Part shown: one piece after another, positions 24,927 to 32,000 of the stretch
Layout: the number at the start of each line of letters is the position of its first letter
Position numbering within the stretch: position 1 is the first letter of the stretch
From: Candidatus Saccharimonadota bacterium
GTDB taxonomy: Bacteria; Pseudomonadota; Gammaproteobacteria; Burkholderiales; Burkholderiaceae
Reading direction: 5' to 3'
NCBI RefSeq assembly: GCF_016593155.1
Contig: NZ_AP023215.1
Location: 437,265-469,264, forward strand
Length of the DNA stretch: 32,000 nucleotides
Position numbers and translations under genes: made by a program
The notes under the pieces: generated by a model
The model's input: only the letters and a program-made list of their open reading frames with translations
The model's database searches: none
Told to the model about the DNA's origin: nothing

Positions 24927-27821
24927 TTAAGCGAAGTAACGTTTTTCTTCAATATTAAATAAATTATTAAAACAACGATTACATAAATCAGGATAATCAT
25001 CTCTTTCACCAACATCAGGTTGATAATGCCAGCATCGATTACATTTTTTATATATAGATGGTTTAATGATAACGCATTCCTCTGATAAATCTTTAGCTTG
25101 AAATAAACTTACAGAAGATGTTAATAAAAAAAACTTTAATTCTTTTCCAAATTCATTTAGAATTTTAAAATCTGATTTATTAATTTTTAATATTATTTCA
25201 GCTTGAAGTGAAGAACCAATAATACCAGTACTACGAATTTTTTCTAACTTTTTCATAATTTTTGATCTTATTTTTTTTAAAATTATGTATTTATATGATA
25301 ATTCATGGGAATTATAAACTATTGGTAATTTATAATGAAGTTGCGTGAAAATAGTTTCTCCTGATTTTATATAAAAATTTTTATCAGAAAAAATAGACCA
25401 AGCTTCTTCAGCCGTAAAAGATAATATTGGAGATATTAATCTTAATAAAGATTGATTAATATGCCAAATAGCGGTTTGAGCTGAACGTCTAGCATGTGAA
25501 TTTTTTTTAGCAGTATATAACCTATCTTTTAAGATATCTAAATAAAAACTACCTAAATCTTCAGAGCAATATATTTGTAATTTAGATACTATTGGATGAA
25601 ATTCATACATACGATAATGTGACAAAATTTCTTTTTGTAAATTCGTAATATTAATTATTGCATATTGATCAACTTCTACCATATCTGATATATTAACAAT
25701 ATTTATATTTGGATTAAAATCAGATGTATTAGCTAATAAAAATCTTAATGTATTACGAATACGACGATATATTTCGACTATACGATTTAAAATTTCATTT
25801 GAGATTGATAGTTCTTTTGAGTAATCTGTTGAAGCGATCCATAATCTTAAAATTTCTGCGCCAAATAAATTACATATTTTTTGTGGTTTTATTATGTTAC
25901 CTTTTGATTTAGACATTTTTTTACCTTTAGAATCCACAACAAAACCATGTGTTAATAATGCTTTATAAGGTGCGGATTTATTTAATATAATAGACGTGAG
26001 TAAAGATGAATGAAACCAACCACGATGTTGATCTGACCCCTCTAAGCATAAATCAGCTGGAAATATTAATTGTTTTTTATGTGAACCACGAATAACAGTT
26101 TGATGCGTAATTCCGGAATCAAACCAAACATCTAAAGTATCATTACTTTTTTTATAATCTGACGCCTCATCTCCTAAAAATTCTTTAATATCTAAAGTTT
26201 GCCATACTTCAATTCCATTAAGTTCTATTTTTTTTGCAATTAATTCAATTAATTCTATTGTTCTTGGGTGTAATTTTCCACTTTTTTTATGAATAAAAAA
26301 TGCTATTGGTACCCCCCAATGTCGTTGACGTGAAATGGTCCAATCTGGTCTATTGGATATCATGCTTTTTAGTCTATCACTTCCCCAAGAGGGAAAGAAT
26401 TTAATTTTATTAATAGCTGTTAGAGCAGATTCTCGTAAAGATTTTTTTTCGTTTAATGGAATTTTATCCATATTAATAAACCACTGTAATGTAGTACGAT
26501 AAATAATTGGTGTTTTATGTCGCCAACAATGCATATAACTATGTTTAAACATTTCAATATTAAATAAAGTTTTACTTTTTCTTAAATAGGAACAAATTAA
26601 TTTTGAAGCCTCCCAAATAGACATACCCCCAAATAATGGTAAAGTAGATATAAAATTACCATCATCCATAACTGGATTAATAATATCACTATCTTTCATT
26701 TTTTGTTTTTTAAAAATCAAAAAATCTTCAATACCATAGGCTGGCGCAGAATGTACGATACCAGTACCACTATCATTAGTTATATAATCACCTAAATAAA
26801 TTGGTGCTAATCTATTATAATTTATGTTAATATTTGATAGTGGATGAAAAAATTTTATTTTATTTAATTTTATTCCCTTACAAATCCCAATGATATCTCC
26901 TTTTAATCCAAATTTTTTTAAACAACTTTTTACTAAATTAAAAGCTAAAATAAGCAATAAAGAAGAATCATTTTTTATATGAACTAAAGCATAATCAAAT
27001 TCCGGGTGCACATGTAATGCTTGATTAGCGGGAATAGTCCATGGTGTACTAGTCCAAATTACTATATATCCCCTTCCGTTTGGAATATTTTTTAAATTAA
27101 AAATATTTGTTATTTTTTCGGGCTCAGCAAAACTAAATCCTACATAAATTGAAAAATCATATTTTGTTTTGTATTCTATTTCTGCTTCTGCTAATGCAGA
27201 TTTACAATCAAAACACCAATTAACTGGTTTTAATCCATGGTAAACATAGCCTTTTTTAAAAATAACACCAAATGCACGTAACTCATTTGCTTCATTTAAA
27301 AAATCCATAGTTTTATACGAATTATCCCATTCTCCTAATACACCAAGTCTTATAAAATCTATTTTTTGTTTTTCAATTTTTTCAAAAGCCAAGGCTCTTG
27401 CTTTATTTTGAATTTCAATGGGAGATAAGTTTTTACCATATAATTTTTCAATTTGAATTTCTATAGGCATACCATGACAATCATAACCCGGGATATATTG
27501 AGCATCGAAACCATCCATATTATAAAATTTAATAATTATATCCTTTAATATCTTATTAACCGCATGTCCAATATGGATATCTCCATTAGCATATGGGGGA
27601 CCGTCATGTAAAATAAATTTTGGTCGATTAATAGATGCTTTTCTAATTTGATAATATATTTTTTTTTCTTGCCATTTTTTTATCCATTCTGGTTCACGTT
27701 TTACTAACTCTCCTCGCATAGGAAATTTTGTATTAGTTATATTTATTGGATATTTATTTTTTAAATCCTTGTTTTTATTTTTTTTTCTAAAAATTGGTAT
27801 ATTATTATTTTTTTGATTCAT
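24927..27821 (-). CDS. ileS: isoleucyl-tRNA synthetase
   Basis: 964 aa. HIGH ([15 protein letters not shown]), KMSKS ([10 protein letters not shown]), C-terminal zinc knuckles CNRCWHY...CNRC. The N-terminus has about 18 extra Lys/Asn-rich residues before [12 protein letters not shown]. Confidence 0.95.
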   Translation of the reverse strand: MNQKNNNIPIFRKKNKNKDLKNKYPINITNTKFPMRGELVKREPEWIKKWQEKKIYYQIRKASINRPKFILHDGPPYANGDIHIGHAVNKILKDIIIKFYNMDGFDAQYIPGYDCHGMPIEIQIEKLYGKNLSPIEIQNKARALAFEKIEKQKIDFIRLGVLGEWDNSYKTMDFLNEANELRAFGVIFKKGYVYHGLKPVNWCFDCKSALAEAEIEYKTKYDFSIYVGFSFAEPEKITNIFNLKNIPNGRGYIVIWTSTPWTIPANQALHVHPEFDYALVHIKNDSSLLLILAFNLVKSCLKKFGLKGDIIGICKGIKLNKIKFFHPLSNININYNRLAPIYLGDYITNDSGTGIVHSAPAYGIEDFLIFKKQKMKDSDIINPVMDDGNFISTLPLFGGMSIWEASKLICSYLRKSKTLFNIEMFKHSYMHCWRHKTPIIYRTTLQWFINMDKIPLNEKKSLRESALTAINKIKFFPSWGSDRLKSMISNRPDWTISRQRHWGVPIAFFIHKKSGKLHPRTIELIELIAKKIELNGIEVWQTLDIKEFLGDEASDYKKSNDTLDVWFDSGITHQTVIRGSHKKQLIFPADLCLEGSDQHRGWFHSSLLTSIILNKSAPYKALLTHGFVVDSKGKKMSKSKGNIIKPQKICNLFGAEILRLWIASTDYSKELSISNEILNRIVEIYRRIRNTLRFLLANTSDFNPNINIVNISDMVEVDQYAIINITNLQKEILSHYRMYEFHPIVSKLQIYCSEDLGSFYLDILKDRLYTAKKNSHARRSAQTAIWHINQSLLRLISPILSFTAEEAWSIFSDKNFYIKSGETIFTQLHYKLPIVYNSHELSYKYIILKKIRSKIMKKLEKIRSTGIIGSSLQAEIILKINKSDFKILNEFGKELKFFLLTSSVSLFQAKDLSEECVIIKPSIYKKCNRCWHYQPDVGERDDYPDLCNRCFNNLFNIEEKRYFA

Positions 27822-27915
27822 AATTAAATTATTTTAATTGATATATGTTATTTAATTAATAAATAATTACTTAAAAGTTTTATAATTTTAATATTTTTTT
27901 AAAAAATTTTTAAAA

Positions 27916-28638
27916 TTACATTTCTCCCCATGCTCCATTTAATATTGCTAAAGCCACTAAACTTGCAGTTTCAGTTCGTAATATACGTCTACCTAATGAC
28001 AGTATAATTACCCCATATTTAGATGCTAAATTTTCTTCTTTTTCAGTAAAACCACCTTCTGGACCAATTAATAATTCTACTTTTTGAGTATATTGATTAT
28101 TATTTGCCCAATGTGATAATTTTTGTTTTCCTCTAGGAGAAAGTAGTATTCTTTTACAAAATATTTTGGATATTAACCAATTATTAAAAGAAATATTAGG
28201 AGCTAAAATAGGTAATATATTTCTTCCACTTTGCTCTGTAGCAGAAATTATTATATTTTTCCAGCGAATTCGTTTTTTTGTAATACGCTCATTATTTAGT
28301 TGAACACAACGATTTGTTGTAATTGGTTGTATAATTTTCACGCCAAGCTCCACTGATTTTTCAATAATTAAATTAAATTTACGATTTTCAGGTAATGCTT
28401 GTATTAATATAATTGTATATGGTAGTTCCATTTCGGATGACGAAAAAGAACTTATTTTAATCAAAATTTTTTTTTTAATTGATATTAATTTAGCAATATA
28501 TTCACCACCAAAACCATTAAATAAAATGATTGTATTTCTATATTTTATATGTAATACATTTAAATGATTGACAATATTATCGGGTAAATATAAATACTGA
28601 CCAATTATAAATGGAATTGGATAATAAAAACGTAACAT
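27916..28638 (-). CDS. rsmE: 16S rRNA (uracil1498-N3)-methyltransferase
   Basis: 240 aa. LLIGPEGGFTEKE and LGRRILRTETA motifs of the RsmE/SPOUT family. The start abuts the tadA stop with no gap. Confidence 0.85.
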   Translation of the reverse strand: MLRFYYPIPFIIGQYLYLPDNIVNHLNVLHIKYRNTIILFNGFGGEYIAKLISIKKKILIKISSFSSSEMELPYTIILIQALPENRKFNLIIEKSVELGVKIIQPITTNRCVQLNNERITKKRIRWKNIIISATEQSGRNILPILAPNISFNNWLISKIFCKRILLSPRGKQKLSHWANNNQYTQKVELLIGPEGGFTEKEENLASKYGVIILSLGRRILRTETASLVALAILNGAWGEM

Positions 28639-29121
28639 TTATTTAATATTTATATTTTTATTTTTTATAAAATTACGGCGTTTAATAAAAAATGATTTTA
28701 ATAATTTTTCGCATTGTTTTTTCATAACTCCGCCAGTTAATATAGTATGATGATTTAATTTTTTTTCCTTAAATAAATTAATAATAGAACCACAAGCTCC
28801 TGTTTTTAAAGAAGGAGTTCCATAAATAATTTCACCTAATCTTACATGTATGATTGCCCCAGCACACATTGCGCAAGGTTCTAAAGTTACATATATTTTA
28901 TAATTTTTAGAAAAACGATAATTATTTAAAGCTTTAGAAGCTATTCTTAATGCTATAATTTCAGCATGAGCAGTTGGATCATTTCTAGTAATTTGTTGAT
29001 TATATCCACATGAAATTACTATATTATTTTTAACTAGTACCGCGCCAACTGGTACTTCTCCAGCTCTCCAGGCAAGCTTAGCTTGCAATAATGCAAGTTT
29101 CATAAATTTAATGGAATTCAT
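28639..29121 (-). CDS. tadA: tRNA-specific adenosine(34) deaminase
   Basis: 160 aa. Deaminase zinc motifs HAEIIAL and TLEPCAMCAGAI. Confidence 0.9.
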   Translation of the reverse strand: MNSIKFMKLALLQAKLAWRAGEVPVGAVLVKNNIVISCGYNQQITRNDPTAHAEIIALRIASKALNNYRFSKNYKIYVTLEPCAMCAGAIIHVRLGEIIYGTPSLKTGACGSIINLFKEKKLNHHTILTGGVMKKQCEKLLKSFFIKRRNFIKNKNINIK

Positions 29122-29213
29122 TAATTTTGTTTTATTTTTAAAAAAATTATTTTTTTATTTATTAAAAGAAGAATATAATAATATCATTCAATTTTTTTAA
29201 AATTTTTAAGAAA

Positions 29214-29287
29214 AGGCGCGTAGCTCAGGTGGTTAGAGCGTTACCTTGACATGGTAAAGGTCGTTGGTTCAAATCCAATCGTGCCTA
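29214..29287 (+). tRNA. tRNA-Val(GAC), no encoded CCA
   Basis: AGGCGCG-TA-GCTC-AGGTGGTTA-GAGC-G-TTACC-TTGACAT-GGTAA-AGGTC-GTTGG-TTCAAAT-CCAAT-CGTGCCT-A. Anticodon GAC. Confidence 0.9.
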
Positions 29288-29315
29288 TTTTTTTTGTATA
29301 TGCACTAATTACTAA

Positions 29316-30101
29316 TTATTTAATATTAAATAATTTATAAAAATTATCACTAGTGTATTTTCCAATTTCAGATATAGAGGTATTGCGAAAATTTGCAATA
29401 AATTTTGCTATATTATACAAAAAAGCAGGTTCATTAATTTTACCTCTATGAGGAACTGGAGAGAGATATGGTGCGTCAGTTTCAATCAATATATTTTTTA
29501 ATGAAATTGATCTTATTACTTTTTGCAATATTTTAGAATTTTTAAATGTAACAATACCTGAAAAAGAAATATAAAAACCTAGTTCTATTATTTCTCTTGC
29601 TACCTCTAAAGATCCCGTGAAACAATGCATTACCCCCCCTGCCCCCCCCATTTTTGGGACTGCTTTTTCTTCTTTAAGAATTTTTATAATATCACCAGTA
29701 GCTAGGCGATTATGAATAATTAATGGTTTTTTTGTAATTAAAGATGCTTTAATATGAGTACGAAAACGTTGGTGCTGTAATTTAATTAAATGAGTATCTT
29801 TTAAATTAAAATAATCTAAACCAGTTTCCCCGATAGCAATAATTTTAGGATTAGAAGATAAGGATACTAATTTTTTTAAATTAGGTTCTTCTAAGTTTTT
29901 ATTAGATTTTGGATGTATTCCAATTGAGGCGTAAATGTTAGAATAATCATTTGTTAGGGAAAGAATTCTTGATAAATCTGTTAGATTAACTGATGCACAT
30001 AAGATTTTATTTACCATTTTTCTTTCCATATTTTTTAATATTTCTGGTAAACGTATATATAATTCGGGAAAATTAATATGACAATGAGAATCAATAAGCA
30101 T
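29316..30101 (-). CDS. tatD: TatD-family metal-dependent hydrolase/DNase
   Basis: 261 aa. IDSHCHINF, IGETGLDY, HCFTGS, ETDAPYLSP are the TatD metal-ligand motifs. Confidence 0.85.
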   Translation of the reverse strand: MLIDSHCHINFPELYIRLPEILKNMERKMVNKILCASVNLTDLSRILSLTNDYSNIYASIGIHPKSNKNLEEPNLKKLVSLSSNPKIIAIGETGLDYFNLKDTHLIKLQHQRFRTHIKASLITKKPLIIHNRLATGDIIKILKEEKAVPKMGGAGGVMHCFTGSLEVAREIIELGFYISFSGIVTFKNSKILQKVIRSISLKNILIETDAPYLSPVPHRGKINEPAFLYNIAKFIANFRNTSISEIGKYTSDNFYKLFNIK

Positions 30102-30145
30102 AAATTATTTATTAGATTGTATTAAAATTTTTAATAAATAAAATA

Positions 30146-30222
30146 TGGCGGAGTGGACGGGATTTGAACCCGCGACCCCCGGCGTGACAGGCCGGTATTC
30201 TAACCAACTGAACTACCACTCC
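30146..30222 (-). tRNA. tRNA-Asp(GTC), CCA encoded
   Basis: Reverse complement GGAGTGGTAGTTCAGTTGGTTAGAATACCGGCCTGTCACGCCGGGGGTCGCGGGTTCAAATCCCGTCCACTCCGCCA, nearly identical to E. coli tRNA-Asp. Confidence 0.92.
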
Positions 30223-30257
30223 TTTATTTATTTTAAAATTTTTAAAAATATTGTATT

Positions 30258-30333
30258 TGGTGGGTGTTGAGAGGATTGAACTCCCGACCTACGCCTTGTA
30301 AAAGCGTCACTCTACCAACTGAGCTAAACACCC
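30258..30333 (-). tRNA. tRNA-Val(TAC), CCA encoded
   Basis: Reverse complement GGGTGTTTAGCTCAGTTGGTAGAGTGACGCTTTTACAAGGCGTAGGTCGGGAGTTCAATCCTCTCAACACCCACCA. Anticodon loop TTTACAA. Confidence 0.92.
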
Positions 30334-30383
30334 TACTAATAATTTGAGTCAAACACTTTTAAGTGTATTTATTTTATAGTATT

Positions 30384-30655
30384 TTATTTTACAGTATTTT
30401 TTAAATTTTTTCTAGGTTTAAATTTAGGTATTTTAGTTGATTTTATTTTAATTTTTTCACCGGTACGAGGATTTCGATCAAAACGCGTTGCTCGCTTAAC
30501 AATAGAAAAAGTTCCAAAACTAATTAAAGTAATTGACTCGCCTTTTTTAAGGTTTTTGTTATTATATTAATCATTGAATTTAATACGCGCATTGAAATAA
30601 TTTTTGAAGTTTTAGATTTATTTGCGATCTATTCAATTAGTTTAGTCTTATTTAC
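30384..30655 (-). pseudogene. hupB: DNA-binding protein HU pseudogene (lost start codon, in-frame TAG, -1 frameshift)
   Basis: Minus-strand reading: SD AAGAGG (30667..30662), then GTA-NKTKLIE-TAG(30631..30629)-IANKSKTSKIISMRVLNSMINIITKTLKK. After a 1-nt deficit in the A6 run (30548..30543) it continues GESITLISFGTFSIVKRATRFDRNPRTGEKIKIKSTKIPKFKPRKNLKNTVK-TAA(30386..30384). This is colinear with HU (MNKTELI...LKKGDSV.LVGFGTF.V..RAAR.GRNP.TGE.I.I). No intact ORF appears in the track. Confidence 0.8.
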
Positions 30656-32000
30656 TTATAACCTCTTTATTTATTAGAGCACGTACAATATAAATAAATT
30701 TATTCAATTAATTTATATTTATAATAAAATTAAAAACCTGAATAAAAAATATCTATATAAAAATAAATTTTTATATTTTAAAAATTTATTTATTTTATTA
30801 ATAAACTTTTTATTTTACATTAATAAAATACTTTAAATAATAAAAATATTTTTATTAGAACAATTTTCTTGATAATTGATTATATTTTATTATATGTTCG
30901 GTGCAAAAAAAATTAGCCAGTTTTTATTTGTGATATATTGGATTCAAGAATAAATAATTGTATCACATGAAATTATTATGTTATATCCAAATTTTTAATT
31001 ATGTAAATATTTTTAGAATTTCAGTTAAGTATTATGTTAATTAAATTTTATTAAAATAAAATTATGAATATTTTTTAGTATTTTTAAAGAAAATTTTAGT
31101 ATTATTAAAAAATAAATTATTATCAATTTATTATCTTTAATATTTATAATTGGATATTTATTACATAATAAAATTATTATATAATAAAATTAATAAATTT
31201 ATCATTTGAATTAAATTTAATAATGAATTTTTATTTAATTGGTAAAAATTATTTTTTATACTGTTTATTAGAAAAAAAATCTAAAACCGATCATTATTCG
31301 TTTTTTCGATTTGTACCTATTATTTTTAATAGTCTGTAAAAATATATTTTATTATTTTTTTGTAATTAATATTTTTTTTAATAAAAAATATTGTTAAATA
31401 TTTTAATTACTTTAATTCCCCAATAAATTGTTTTCTTTAAAACTAGAGGCTCCGATTGAAATAATCATAAATTTCTTAATTCCTAAGTTATTATTAAATA
31501 TATTCATTATTAGTAATATCAAATATTGAAATAGGTATACTTATTTTTCTACTTTTGTTTATATAACGTATAATAAGTAACCAAGTTCATTAAAAGAAGC
31601 TTTAGTGATTGCAATTAAGACAAAAAGAATCGCTCTCGTAAATTGTGATTTATTTTTATTTAAGTTAATTAAAGTATGATCTAAAAAAATTTTTCATTAG
31701 AAGAAAAACCCATAATAACTTCAAAAATTTTTGTATTAATATAATTATAATTACAAGATTCTAATATTTTTTTTAAAAAATAATTTTTATTATTATATAA
31801 TTTATGTTCTTTATATTTTTTGTTAAAAATTTTAATAATATAGTATAGATAGATACTAGATTTGTGATCTAAAATATTAGATTCTGATAATATATCATAT
31901 TTAATAACAGAGAAAATCGTATGAATCTATAATTTTGTGCTCAATAATATCTACAATTACATTCATTAATGTTTTTAAAATAAAAGTTTTTATATAATTA

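Noticed and set aside
31420-31478. Minus-strand MIISIGASSFKENNLLG as the Lon motif VLPIGGLKEKLLAA
   Set aside because: Similarity is weak. The spacing to the other candidate Lon-like stretch (LIAITKASFNELGY, about 31568-31609) is about 19 residues too long. No DGPSAG remnant is visible. I kept it only as a hypothesis for a frameshift-aware search.

Overview
Very AT-rich window made up mostly of housekeeping genes. Gene content and local order (sucCD; rpmE2-rho-trxA; an AddB/AddA-type helicase-nuclease pair; rpsU-dnaG-rpoD; metK-ahcY-rsmB; ileS-lspA; tadA-rsmE; hupB-tRNA-Val-tRNA-Asp) look like a genome-reduced betaproteobacterial (Burkholderiales-like) endosymbiont. That placement is my inference, not a database result. 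I can support 21 protein genes (one cut by the window edge), 6 tRNA genes and 1 clear pseudogene. The main finding is a 274-nt group I (Azoarcus/IC3-like) self-splicing intron at 18246-18519. It interrupts the anticodon loop of tRNA-Ile(CAU), the tRNA that reads the abundant AUA codons. Other points worth a second look: (1) a composite tandem-repeat array with perfectly identical copies (nine TTAATTAAGA motifs) in the divergent trxA/addB intergenic region; (2) an HU (hupB) pseudogene with three independent lesions, followed by 1.3 kb with no listed ORF; (3) about 4.5 kb of the window in five unusually long ORF-free AT-rich spacers, suggesting ongoing gene erosion; (4) an exported single-HKD Nuc-type nuclease; (5) a CSPC thioredoxin active site. 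I saw no CRISPR, transposase, phage or defence-island signatures. Apart from the intron this is an ordinary core-genome region.
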